Shown here one piece after another: positions 17,311 to 27,121 of a stretch of 64,000 nt of DNA. The stretch covers positions 10,566-74,565 of the forward strand of contig CBFGJV010000013.1 in the NCBI GenBank assembly GCA_965649205.1, written 5' to 3'. The notes beneath the pieces were generated by a model. That model did not search any database. It was not told the DNA's origin and worked only from the letters and a program-made list of their open reading frames with translations. The position numbers and the translations under genes were made by a program. The stretch comes from a candidate division WOR-3 bacterium. Lineage in GTDB: Bacteria > Hydrothermota > Tepidihabitantia > Tepidihabitantales > Tepidihabitantaceae. How positions within the stretch are numbered: the stretch's first letter is position 1; the number at the start of each line of letters is the position of its first letter.

Positions 17311-18825
17311 ATGAATACGGGAAAGTTTGTGGCAGTGGTCTGGGCTCTGACGATCAGCGCCGGAGCCGGAACTTGGCTGGCGCAGGTTTTTCCAGAGAGC
17401 CCGGCCCAATTGGCGGGAGCAGGTCTTCCGGTGGTGTTTGTCGGGCCGGGATACTGGCTGGTGAAGCTGGAGGAGGGAGCGCCGGCTCCGAGTCTGCCGT
17501 TTAGGCTGTTGGATAGGGAGCCGGAAAAGAAGGAGTATGTGTATGTAATGTGGGAACCCGGGTTCGACCGGCGGACGCTGGCGCAGTACGGCACGTTGCT
17601 GCTTGAGGACGAGGGGGGAGCGCTTCTGCGTACCGGGGCAGAAGGAATAGAAGGGTTGAATACTTTGCCGGTGGAGTTGTGTGGTGTTGGTATGGAGCCC
17701 CTAGTGCCAGGGCCGCTTTTTGTGCCAGAGCCGCTGTCAGTGTCCGACAGTCTGATAGAGGAGCTGGTCGCCCGCGTGAGCGCAGAGAGTTCGGAGCAGA
17801 ATCTGGTGAGGCTGCGACAGTTCCGCACCCGATATTCCACGACCGATTCCTGTCGCCGGGCTGTGGAATGGATGCAGAAACGGTTGCAGGAGTACGGTTG
17901 CGACAGCGTCTGGTTGGAGGCGTTCCGGTCCGGCTATGCGCCGAATGTGGTGGGCAGGAAGCAGGGGAAGGTAAGTCCGCAGCAGGTATATGTGGTCTGC
18001 GGTCATATAGACTGCACCTCAGAGTCGCCCACTACGCTGGCACCGGGTTCGGATGATAATGCTTCAGGTGTCAACGTGGTGCTGGAAGCATGTCGGGTGT
18101 TTCAGGATGTGGAGTTTGAGAAGACGGTGTTGTTTATCGGTTTTTCAGGAGAAGAGCAGGGGCTGGTTGGCTCGGACAGTTTTGCGCGGCGGTGCAGGAA
18201 TCGGGGAGATTCAATAGCCCTGGCTATCAATTTTGATATGGTTTCCTATGCGCTTACCGATTCCCAGCTAATTGTCTATACCTCGTTTTTGCCGCAGACA
18301 AAGCAGTTTGCGGAGCTTTTTGTGGCGCAGGCCCAGAGGTTTACGGAGTTGAAGTGCCGGACGATGCTGCTGGATGATGCGGTTTCAGACCACTATTCAT
18401 TCTGGAAGTACGGATACCTTGCCATTCGCAGCCGATACAAGGACCGAACACCTAAATACCACACAACCGGGGATACTATCGGTCCCTTTCGGTATGTGAA
18501 CTGCGGCACGAATAATTTTCCTATGCATGTGGAGGTAATCAAGGCGCTGGTGGCAACGGTGGCCAGACTGGCCGGAGCCTATGTGCCGGTAGCCGTAAAG
18601 GAACGCGGGACGCCGTATGTTGTCGGTTTTGAGTCCGGGCCGGGCGTTGTGCGGGGTGAATTGGGCAGGCTTACCGAGCTGGGGCCGGGCTGGCTTTTGG
18701 ATGCTACCGGCAGGAAGGTGCAGGAGCTTGGTTCTGGCAAAAGCGAGGCGGGAAGGTTGAGTCCAGGCGTGTACTTTGTCTGGCGAGGAAGAAAGAGTAT
18801 GACAAAGCTGGTGGTGGCGGATTAG
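17311..18825 (+). CDS. Secreted M28 family peptidase with a degenerate T9SS-like C-terminal domain
   Basis: Signal peptide; GHID, PGSDDNASG, GEEQGL.GS, SDH, YHT..D; C-terminus LLDATGRKV..LSPGVYFV..TKLVV. Start position uncertain. Confidence 0.88.
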   Translation: MNTGKFVAVVWALTISAGAGTWLAQVFPESPAQLAGAGLPVVFVGPGYWLVKLEEGAPAPSLPFRLLDREPEKKEYVYVMWEPGFDRRTLAQYGTLLLEDEGGALLRTGAEGIEGLNTLPVELCGVGMEPLVPGPLFVPEPLSVSDSLIEELVARVSAESSEQNLVRLRQFRTRYSTTDSCRRAVEWMQKRLQEYGCDSVWLEAFRSGYAPNVVGRKQGKVSPQQVYVVCGHIDCTSESPTTLAPGSDDNASGVNVVLEACRVFQDVEFEKTVLFIGFSGEEQGLVGSDSFARRCRNRGDSIALAINFDMVSYALTDSQLIVYTSFLPQTKQFAELFVAQAQRFTELKCRTMLLDDAVSDHYSFWKYGYLAIRSRYKDRTPKYHTTGDTIGPFRYVNCGTNNFPMHVEVIKALVATVARLAGAYVPVAVKERGTPYVVGFESGPGVVRGELGRLTELGPGWLLDATGRKVQELGSGKSEAGRLSPGVYFVWRGRKSMTKLVVAD

Positions 18826-19465
18826 TTTGAGAGGGCAGAATTCCGGCGGATTGTAGGGATACTTTCCAGACCTGTCTGTTGTTCTGAGTCTGGTCGAGAG
18901 GAAGCCGCAAGGTAGTTTTTCTCGCCAGCTAAATAATAATACTAATGAGTATTATTTTCAGGAAGGCATTTTCCAAGATAAGTGATTACTTTTCAGGGGG
19001 TTGGTTTATTCGGGCATTCACCCGCTCCCCAGCTCCCCCCGCCGTTCCCCCCTTCGCTTAGGGGGCGGTCTGGAAAGTAGTCTGGTTAGCGGCGGGGTGA
19101 GGGGTTGGGTAGGTTTGGCGGTGAGCTTCCGGCTGGACGGTGGACAGAGTTTCGGGCGGGGCGGGGCGCTGAGCTTCTGGCCGGGCCGGAGCTTGAGCCG
19201 GCGGATAGATTGTTCGGCTGGTTTGGGGCTGAGTTCGGGTGAGGGCAGGATAGCGAGGGGATGGGTGAGGAGTTCTAGAAGTTGGTCGGCAGACTGCGGG
19301 GATGGCAGGGGGGAAGAAGGGCGGTAAAGAAGGGCTGTAGGCCGGGTTATGCCGATTTTGGTTGCGGGTTTGTCAGAGGGGTCGGCTTGACACTTGCGGT
19401 CGCCAGAACTAGCATTTCGCAGTTCTATGCCGTTCGGCCATAGTGCGGGTACGAAGGGAGATGTT

Positions 19466-20731
19466 ATGAATATCCGTGTTTTATTAGGCTGTTTTCTTAT
19501 TTTGCTGCTGGTGTCCTGCGCGGCGTATCTGAATCTGGAGCGGGCGAGCCGGACGGCAGTGGCCAGGGGCGATTATGATGCCGCGGTGTATTACGCCTGC
19601 GCTTCTTTGCGCCATAAGCCGGACAACCTGCGCGCGCAGCAGTTGTTGCAAGATGCTTTTCGCATTGCGGTGAATCGACGGCTGGACCGGGTGAAGGAAC
19701 TTGCCGGTTCCAGTAACAAGTTCCGCTGGGACGAAATAGTGGCGGAGTACGAAGCCCTGGTTAGTCTTAATCGGGCAGTGCGGGATTTGCCTACTCTGGT
19801 GAATCCGGTGTTGCCGGGCGGTGTGTTCACAATTCCTACGTCTGACTATACCGCGGCTCTGGCTGAGGCAAAGCAGCGAGCGGCAGAGGAGCATTATCAG
19901 GAGGGAATCAGGCTGTCGGCCAATCCGGAGGATGTGGCGGCGCAGAAGCAGGCGGCGCTGGAGTTTCGCCGGGCTGAGGAGTTTGTAGCCGGATACAAGG
20001 ATGCTGCCGCCCGGTTTGCCGCGAGTCGCAAGGCAGGGACCACCCGACTGGCGATTGTGCCTTTTGAAGACCGTTCCGGCCAGACGGCAAAGTTCGGAGC
20101 TATGGTCGAGCGGATTGCGGACGAGGCGATAAGCCGGTTGCTGGCTGATGCGGCGGCGAGCGAGTTTCTGGAGGTGGTGACGCGGGAGCGGCTGGAGCAG
20201 GTGATGCGGGAGCAGAATCTGCAGTTTTCCGGGCTGGTGGACCCGGCCAGCGCGGTGCGGCTGGGAAAGCTTCTGGGTGCGCATTACATTCTTACCGGCC
20301 GGTTGACGCAGGTGCTCTATGTGCCGCCGCGGGTGGAGAGTCGCAAGCTGGAGCTGGAGAATAAGGTGGTGGTGCGTCGGGAGAAGCGGGTGGATTCTAC
20401 CGGCACGGAAGTGGAAGTGCCGATAGAGTCAATAGTGCATGCCACGGTTACGGTGTTTACCAAGAATTCATCCTTGAGTCTGGCAGGCGCCTACGAGGTT
20501 ATCAATGTGGAAACCGCCGCCATAGCCAGGACAGAGACGGTGGAAGGCAAGGACGAGTACAGCGCAAGGTGGGCAGTGTATGAGGGTGACCGGCGGGCGG
20601 TGACCGGCGAGTATGGCGAGCTGGTGCAAAAATCAGAGCCGGACTCGCCGACCGAGGCGGAGATGATGTATAACGCCGCGGCCCGGGTGGGTCAGAAGAT
20701 GGCAGAAGGTCTGCGGGCGTTTTTCCGCTAG
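19466..20731 (+). CDS. Lipoprotein with helical repeats and a CsgG/HfaB-like domain
   Basis: Lipobox LVSC; LAIVPFED, VVTRERLEQVMREQ.L..SGLVD...AVRLGKLLGA.YILTG. Confidence 0.75.
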   Translation: MNIRVLLGCFLILLLVSCAAYLNLERASRTAVARGDYDAAVYYACASLRHKPDNLRAQQLLQDAFRIAVNRRLDRVKELAGSSNKFRWDEIVAEYEALVSLNRAVRDLPTLVNPVLPGGVFTIPTSDYTAALAEAKQRAAEEHYQEGIRLSANPEDVAAQKQAALEFRRAEEFVAGYKDAAARFAASRKAGTTRLAIVPFEDRSGQTAKFGAMVERIADEAISRLLADAAASEFLEVVTRERLEQVMREQNLQFSGLVDPASAVRLGKLLGAHYILTGRLTQVLYVPPRVESRKLELENKVVVRREKRVDSTGTEVEVPIESIVHATVTVFTKNSSLSLAGAYEVINVETAAIARTETVEGKDEYSARWAVYEGDRRAVTGEYGELVQKSEPDSPTEAEMMYNAAARVGQKMAEGLRAFFR

Positions 20732-20767
20732 GCCCGTGTGCAGAACCGGATAACCGGTTTTTCCGCG

Positions 20768-21874
20768 CTAAGTTAGAAGAAACTTTCCGTTGCGGGCGAT
20801 GAGCTGTCCGTCGCCGTAGATGGAGGAGTTCTGCCGGGTATCGCAGACCATATCCCAGTGAATTGCAGATTTGTTTTTGCCGCCGGTCTGGGGCAAAGCC
20901 GCGCCCAGAGCCACGTGCACGGTGCCGCCTATCTTTTCGTCGAAGAGGGTATTCTTGGTGAAGCGCTGGATGGAGTAGTTTGTGCCGAACGCCAGTTCTC
21001 CTACGCGGGATGCGCCCGGGTCGGTAGCGAGCATAGCCCGGAGCAGGCTTTCATTCTTGTCCGCAGTGGCTTTTACCACCTTGCCTTGGCTGAATTCCAG
21101 GCGCACGTTTTCCACTTCCTTGCCCATATATACGGCGGGGAAGCTGTAGCGAATGTAGCCTTCGGTGCCATCTTCGTGGGGGCTGGTGAACACTTCTCCG
21201 TCCGGAAAGTTTATCCGGCCGTCGCAGTTGACCCAGCGGCGCCCGCGCACCTGGAAGGTTATGTCTGTATCCGGTGCCTGGATGCGTATCTGGGAGAAAC
21301 GGTTGAGCTGGCGGACCAGTTTTGCCTGACGCCGGGAGAGCTTTTTCCACTCCGCGATGGGGTCTTTTTTGTCCAGCATACCGGCGCCGAAAACAAATTC
21401 TTCGTATTCTGGCCGCGACATTTCTGCATCCTGGGCAGAGGAGAAGTTGGGAAACAGGGTTCCTACCCAGCGGAATTTGCCCGCGGCTTCGCGGCGCAGC
21501 CGTTTTTCAAACAGGGGCCGACGCGCTGCTGCGGCCAGGGCAAGACGTTGGGGCTCTATGCCGGTGAGTTCGCGGGTGTTCCAGCCGCCCCAGATGAAGA
21601 GCATGGCATCAAGTTTTTCCACAACCACTTTGTCTAGAGGGCTGATGAACTGGAGCTGGTCGGAAGAAGCGTGTTTGTAGAACAGGTAGTTGACATCGGG
21701 CAGGTTGATGCGCAGGCTGGGGTAGGCACCCACGGCCAGAGCTTCCACCAGGCAGGCGCGGATGAGTTCTTCGGCATTGGCCGGGCCGATTATTTCCACC
21801 CATTCTTTTTTCTGCAGCCGCAGACTATAGCGTACGAGCAGACGGGCCAGGTTTTCTATTCTTTTGTCAGCCAA
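20768..21874 (-). CDS. M29 aminopeptidase (AmpS/PepS family)
   Basis: NFPDGEVFT, GELAFGTN, FDEKIGGTVHVALG, SAIHWDMV. Confidence 0.93.
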   Translation of the reverse strand: MADKRIENLARLLVRYSLRLQKKEWVEIIGPANAEELIRACLVEALAVGAYPSLRINLPDVNYLFYKHASSDQLQFISPLDKVVVEKLDAMLFIWGGWNTRELTGIEPQRLALAAAARRPLFEKRLRREAAGKFRWVGTLFPNFSSAQDAEMSRPEYEEFVFGAGMLDKKDPIAEWKKLSRRQAKLVRQLNRFSQIRIQAPDTDITFQVRGRRWVNCDGRINFPDGEVFTSPHEDGTEGYIRYSFPAVYMGKEVENVRLEFSQGKVVKATADKNESLLRAMLATDPGASRVGELAFGTNYSIQRFTKNTLFDEKIGGTVHVALGAALPQTGGKNKSAIHWDMVCDTRQNSSIYGDGQLIARNGKFLLT

Positions 21875-21943
21875 GTAACACCTCCTAAGTGTTTGGTAAC
21901 TGTTTTTTGTATTCCTGCCAAGTCCAGAGTGGGGACATTTCGT

Positions 21944-23326
21944 CTATCCTATGTTTTTTCCCCGGGTGAGTAGTAGTCCGGTTCCGGCCAGAGCAGTGGT
22001 CAGGGCGCCCACGCCCAATAGCAGATGCCGGACCGCAAAAAGACGGGTGAGCTGTCCCAGCAAAAGAGAAGTAAAGGCAAAGCAGAGGGAGAGCAGCCAT
22101 TCTCGGGTGGAGAAGATGCGCCCGCGGATGTTTTCGGGTACGGCCTCGTGCAGGAGCGTGTCCATACCGATGTTGATGGGCGAAAGGGCTAGTCCGGCCA
22201 GAAAGGCCAGAGGGATGACTAGAAGAAACTGACGCAGGAGGGCCAGGGCTATGGTGATGAGACCGAGGAGAGAGAAGGAAGCGAGCATTACCTTGTGCTT
22301 GCGGAAGCGGTGACCGAGGAGTCCGTAGGCCATGGAGGAAAGCACCAGTCCCACCGAGCCGATGGCGGCAATATAGCCTACGCCTTTGGTGCCCAGGCCG
22401 ACCCCGTCCAGTTCCCGGCCGGACTGGACGATGGGAATGTAAAGCACAAACACAGCCGACCCGAGTATCACATACATCAGCACTGCGCAGTTGACGAAGA
22501 ACACCGTGGGCTGGCGGGAGACCAGCTGCCACAGTTCTCTGACCTCGCGCAGCATGCGGGATTGCTGGGAAATAAATATTCTGGTTTCGTCTTTGACCCG
22601 GAGCCGGGTGCGGGGTCGCTGCCAGTTGCCGGCTAGGCGCCGAAACACAATGAGCAGCGCAAGGACCGAAAGGAAATAGGTGAGTGAGTCAAGATAGAAG
22701 CCGGCGGTCCACACCGGCCGGATGCCCAGGCGCAGCCAGCCGGACCAGTCCACGATGAGCCCGCCCAAAAGCACGCCCAGAAGCGTCGCCACCCGGCCGA
22801 TGAGGTTCATAAAGGAGTTGGCGCCCAGCACTCGATCTTCGCCCACCAGATTGGGTATGATGGCGAGACGGGAGGTGTTGAAGAACAGACCGAAGAGAAA
22901 GACGCAGAAGGCCAGAGTGTAAATAAGATAGAGGCTGCGGGTGGCAACGGCCAAAAGGGGAATGGCCAAGACCAGCAGCGCCCGCGCCGTGTCGCACACC
23001 ACCATTACTTTGCGCCGGTCCCAGCGGTCCACGAGAATACCGGCCAGAGGGCCGAAGAGTATGGTGGGCAGGGCGATGACAGCAGAAAGAAAAGAAATGG
23101 CCTGCGCGCTTTTCCAGCCGAACTCGGCGGAATAGTAGGCGATCATTGCCAGCAGGGCCATATAGTCCAGTTTGTCGCCAAAAAGCGAAACAGCCTGGGA
23201 GACGGAGAAAATGAGAAATTCGGGCAGGCGCAGAACAAGCAGCAGGGTGCTACGTCTGGTGGTCAGCAGTCCCAGCTCTTCGCCTGGTGAAGACAGGGCA
23301 GCCGGACCGGGCGGTTCAGCCGGCAC
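21944..23326 (-). CDS. MFS transporter (DHA3-like)
   Basis: About 12 hydrophobic segments; GILVDRWDRRKVM (motif A), RGRIFS. Confidence 0.9.
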   Translation of the reverse strand: MPAEPPGPAALSSPGEELGLLTTRRSTLLLVLRLPEFLIFSVSQAVSLFGDKLDYMALLAMIAYYSAEFGWKSAQAISFLSAVIALPTILFGPLAGILVDRWDRRKVMVVCDTARALLVLAIPLLAVATRSLYLIYTLAFCVFLFGLFFNTSRLAIIPNLVGEDRVLGANSFMNLIGRVATLLGVLLGGLIVDWSGWLRLGIRPVWTAGFYLDSLTYFLSVLALLIVFRRLAGNWQRPRTRLRVKDETRIFISQQSRMLREVRELWQLVSRQPTVFFVNCAVLMYVILGSAVFVLYIPIVQSGRELDGVGLGTKGVGYIAAIGSVGLVLSSMAYGLLGHRFRKHKVMLASFSLLGLITIALALLRQFLLVIPLAFLAGLALSPINIGMDTLLHEAVPENIRGRIFSTREWLLSLCFAFTSLLLGQLTRLFAVRHLLLGVGALTTALAGTGLLLTRGKNIG

Positions 23327-23329
23327 AGT

Positions 23330-24550
23330 TTACTCCTCGCGGCCCAGACGCGGCACCGGATAACGGGCGAGCAGTTCGTAATAAAGGTCTTCCACCTGTT
23401 CGGCCACCCGGGACCAAGAGTAGTAAAGGGCCTTTTTTCTCCCTGCTTCGCCCATCTGCCGGCGTAGGTCGGGGTCCTTCAGCAGTCGGACAATAGCCTC
23501 GGCGATGCGTTCCGGGTCGCGGGGAGGGACTAATAGTCCTTCCTTGCCGTGCTCCAGAACCTTGCGATAGCCTTCTATGTCCGAAGCGACTACCGGTTTG
23601 CCGGTAGCCATAGCTTCCAGGAGAACGATGCCAAAGCTTTCAAAGCCGATAGCTGGAGAGCAGTACACATCACAGGTGGCGTAGTAACGAGGTCGGTCTT
23701 CATTGGGAATCACGCCCGCCCAGTGGACGTGCGATTCCACTTCTTTGTCCAGATAGCTTTTGTAGGAATAACCGAAAAGGCCAGCGCCCACCGCTATCAG
23801 TTGTACGTCCGGGACCTGGCGGACTATTTCCGGCAGCGCCATCAACAGATATTTCAGTCCCTTGCGGGGTTCAAAGCGGCCCAGGAAAAGAACGTTGGGC
23901 CGACCGTTGTCAAGCTCGGGTATTGGTTGCACATCGGGCCGGAACAGATTGGTATCCACGGCGTTGGGAATGATGCGATAGGGTCCGGGGAAATACTTAG
24001 CGGTGGAGTCACGCGCTCGTTCGGACACTGCCACCAGTCCGTGCAGGTGATGAAAGTAGGGCCGTAGCGCCGGCCAGAAAAGCACATAGGGAATGCTGCG
24101 TTGGTAATCTGAATGCATCGTCATCACATTCACCACCCGGGAGGCCCGGATAGCGACCAGCGGCAGAGTAGGAGCAAGGGAGCCGTGAATGTGGATGATG
24201 TGGAATTTTTCCCGGGCAAAGAACCGTTTTACCTTGTCCACCGGACGCCAGGCGACCGGTACCCGGGCAAATGACTTGTTGGAGCGGATGAGCAATCCTT
24301 TGCCTACGCGGTAGATATGCTCTTCATCCGGAGCCGCGGGCAGACATTCTACGGTACTGCCGCCGTAATGAGTGGTGAGTACCTTTACGGTATGGCCTTT
24401 CTTGCGCAGTTCCGAGGAAAGGTGGTAGATGTGATCCGGTATGCCGCCAATATAGGGATAATAGTTGTCCGATACCATGCAGATGCGCAGAGAAGAGGGG
24501 ATGCGTTCGGGACTGCGGCGGCCCGGCGTGGCCGCTTCTATTTGGTTCAT
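23330..24550 (-). CDS. GT4 glycosyltransferase (PimA-like)
   Basis: GGIPDH, IPNAVD, FLGRFEPRKG, ESFGIVLLEAMA.GKPVVASD. Confidence 0.9.
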   Translation of the reverse strand: MNQIEAATPGRRSPERIPSSLRICMVSDNYYPYIGGIPDHIYHLSSELRKKGHTVKVLTTHYGGSTVECLPAAPDEEHIYRVGKGLLIRSNKSFARVPVAWRPVDKVKRFFAREKFHIIHIHGSLAPTLPLVAIRASRVVNVMTMHSDYQRSIPYVLFWPALRPYFHHLHGLVAVSERARDSTAKYFPGPYRIIPNAVDTNLFRPDVQPIPELDNGRPNVLFLGRFEPRKGLKYLLMALPEIVRQVPDVQLIAVGAGLFGYSYKSYLDKEVESHVHWAGVIPNEDRPRYYATCDVYCSPAIGFESFGIVLLEAMATGKPVVASDIEGYRKVLEHGKEGLLVPPRDPERIAEAIVRLLKDPDLRRQMGEAGRKKALYYSWSRVAEQVEDLYYELLARYPVPRLGREE

Positions 24551-25755
24551 CGGCTCTGGTTGTACGCAGCCAGACCGGCGGCGAGCAATTTCATCGCTCT
24601 TTCCAGCTCGGTGCAGTTGAGTACATAGGCAATGCGTACTTCGTCCTTGCCCGCTCCGGGCGTGGCGTAGAAGCCGTCCGCGGGCGCCACCATTACCGTC
24701 TCCTGGTTCTGCTGGAATTCGGCGAGAAGAAAGGTGGCGAATTCTTCCGCGTCGTCTATGGGAAGTTTAGCCATCACATAGAAGGCGCCGGCCGGCTTCC
24801 GACAGAAAACGCCTGGCATGGCGGCAAGGGCCTCGCATACCAGGTCTCGGCGTCGCCGGTATTCGTCTCGTACAGCGGCGAAATAGGAAGGCGGAGCGGA
24901 AAGGGCTGCCTGAGCGGCAAGCTGGTCCACGGTTGGAGCACAGAGCCGGGCCTGGCCGAATTTGAGCACGGTCTGCATGAGCTCTCGGTTGCGGGAAACA
25001 ATGCAGCCGACGCGGGCTCCGCAGGCAGAATAGCGTTTGGAAACAGAGTCCACCATTACGGCCCGATCAGCAATGTCAGCCAGGTTAAGCACGCTATGAT
25101 GTGTGACGCCGGAGTCGTAGATGAACTCGCGGTACACCTCGTCCGCAATAAGGTAGAGGTTGTGCTTGAGCGCCAGTTGCCGGAGAGTTTCCATCTCTTG
25201 TTGGGTGTAAACCACGCCGGTGGGATTGCCCGGGTTGGAGAAAAGAATGGCGCGGGTGCGAGGCGTAATCCGGGTTTCGAATTCTGCGGCCGGCGGCAGG
25301 GCAAATCCGTTTTCGGCCCGGCTGGTTACGGGCACCAAGGAAATATTGTTCATGCAGGCGTAGCCGGCGTAGTTGGTGTAGAACGGTTCGGGAACCAGGA
25401 TTTCGTCTCCCGGGTCGGTAATGGCCTTGTACACAAAGGATATTGCTTCGCTGCCACCGGTTGTCACTAGAATGTCGTCTGTTTCAACCTTGATGCCCAC
25501 GCTGTCATAGTAACGGACTAAAGCGGCAAGGTAAGAGCTCAGTCCGTTGGAGGGGCCATAGGCGATTACCTTGAGGTTGAGATGGCGGTACGCGTCCAAC
25601 ATCTCCTGCGGGGTTTCAATGTCGGGCTGGCCGATGTTTAAATGATAAACTTTGATTCCCCGGCTTTTGGCCTTTTCCGCCAGAGGTACCAGCCGACGAA
25701 TGGGAGAGGCAGGCATCTGCCGGCCTCTTGCCGAAATCTGCACCTTTCCGGGCAT
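24547..25755 (-). CDS. Class I PLP-dependent aminotransferase (aspartate aminotransferase-like)
   Basis: LNIGQPD, NPGNPTG, ADEVY, SVSKRYSACGARVG; AAGGAG SD before the ATG at 25755. Confidence 0.92.
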   Translation of the reverse strand: MPGKVQISARGRQMPASPIRRLVPLAEKAKSRGIKVYHLNIGQPDIETPQEMLDAYRHLNLKVIAYGPSNGLSSYLAALVRYYDSVGIKVETDDILVTTGGSEAISFVYKAITDPGDEILVPEPFYTNYAGYACMNNISLVPVTSRAENGFALPPAAEFETRITPRTRAILFSNPGNPTGVVYTQQEMETLRQLALKHNLYLIADEVYREFIYDSGVTHHSVLNLADIADRAVMVDSVSKRYSACGARVGCIVSRNRELMQTVLKFGQARLCAPTVDQLAAQAALSAPPSYFAAVRDEYRRRRDLVCEALAAMPGVFCRKPAGAFYVMAKLPIDDAEEFATFLLAEFQQNQETVMVAPADGFYATPGAGKDEVRIAYVLNCTELERAMKLLAAGLAAYNQSR

Positions 25756-25799
25756 AATACTCCTTTCCATCAAGTCCCGGCCGTTTTTCTGGCCGGCAA

Positions 25800-27065
25800 C
25801 TATTGCAGAAGCCGTACAAGCTCGGCCGCAGAAAGTGGCCCTACCGCGGCTGCACTCCAGCCATCCGGACTAACCACCTCTGCACACAGCCGGTTGACTT
25901 CTTCCAGCGTCAACCGGTCCAGGGCCTGCAGTGTTTCCCCGATAGGCTGTGGCCGGCCCAGCAGATGCATGGTGCGTATCAGTCGCATCAGGCGACCGGT
26001 GGGACTTTCCAGGGCCAGAAGCAGTGAGCTTCTGGTCATGACCAGGGCGCGTTGAAACTCTTCGACGCTGAGCCGGTCGCTACGGAACCGATTCAACTCC
26101 TCGCGGAGCACTTCCAGACACCGGCCGAGCTTACTGGCTTCAGCCGCAAAGTAAATACCAAGCATGCCGCTGTCCTCAAACAGATCGGCAAAGCTGGATA
26201 CGGAATATACCAAACCTTCGCTTTCGCGCAAGCGCTGGAAGAGGCGGGAGGAAAGACCACCACCCAGAGCAGTGTTGAGCACGGCAAGCGCATGGCGGCG
26301 CGGGTCTTTGTAGGCAAAAACCGGCCGGGATAGACACAGGTAAACTAAAGACAAGTCTTTGCGGGTTTCGGTGCGAATACTGCACTGGGAAACTATGGGC
26401 GGGCGACGTACCATGGCCGGGCCCGGTTGCCAGTGGCCGAGTTTACGTTCCAGAACAGAGAGCAGTTCTTCGTGGCGGACATCGCCCACCGCCACTACTA
26501 CACAGGTGCCGCTGTGGTACCAGTCAGCATAGGTGCGACGCAGCAGTTCCGCGTCTATGCGGGCCAGAGTTTCGGGCCGGCCGTTTACTGGTCTGCTGAG
26601 CGGGTCCGAGTCGAAGAGCGACTCAAACGCCAGCTGGAAGACTTGCGAATCCGGGTCTTCGTCCGCGGCTCTGATTTCCTCCACGATTACCCCTTTTTCC
26701 TTTTCCAGCTCAGCCGGTGCAAAAGCGGGATGAGCCACTATTTCCGCCAGAAGTTCGGCGACCGCTGTCTGCTGGTCAGAGGGAAAACGGCTGTAGAAGC
26801 AGGTAAGCTCCTTGTCAGTGAAACCGTTGAGTTCCGCGCCTAAAGACTCCGCCGCATAGGAAATAGCTCGGGCGTCCAGTTGTTCTGTCCCCTTGAATAC
26901 CATGTGTTCATTGAGGTGACACAGTCCGGTCAGGTCGTCCGGGTCGTCTCGTCCACCTACGCGGAAGGAAATACCCAGCGCCAGAGAACGGATATAGGGC
27001 ATCTGCTGGGTTACGAACAGAAGCCGATTGGGGAGCGTGTCTACTCTGGGCGAATCGGCAAACAT
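25800..27065 (-). CDS. M16 (pitrilysin) family peptidase
   Basis: HLNEH inverted zinc motif, LGGGLSSRLFQRLRE..GLVY; usual position after pnp. Confidence 0.92.
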   Translation of the reverse strand: MFADSPRVDTLPNRLLFVTQQMPYIRSLALGISFRVGGRDDPDDLTGLCHLNEHMVFKGTEQLDARAISYAAESLGAELNGFTDKELTCFYSRFPSDQQTAVAELLAEIVAHPAFAPAELEKEKGVIVEEIRAADEDPDSQVFQLAFESLFDSDPLSRPVNGRPETLARIDAELLRRTYADWYHSGTCVVVAVGDVRHEELLSVLERKLGHWQPGPAMVRRPPIVSQCSIRTETRKDLSLVYLCLSRPVFAYKDPRRHALAVLNTALGGGLSSRLFQRLRESEGLVYSVSSFADLFEDSGMLGIYFAAEASKLGRCLEVLREELNRFRSDRLSVEEFQRALVMTRSSLLLALESPTGRLMRLIRTMHLLGRPQPIGETLQALDRLTLEEVNRLCAEVVSPDGWSAAAVGPLSAAELVRLLQ

Positions 27066-27121
27066 CTCTTCCGGTCCCGGACATTCAGACCGGGCTGTTT
27101 TCTGGCACGAAGACCTGGTTT

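Noticed and set aside
19001..19327. 108-aa Gly/Arg/Ser-rich ORF
   Set aside because: Product of low-complexity G-rich DNA, with a TTG start and no recognisable domain.
16900..19400. oriC or dif at the apparent skew switch
   Set aside because: No DnaA-box cluster (TTATCCACA) or convincing XerC/XerD site seen.
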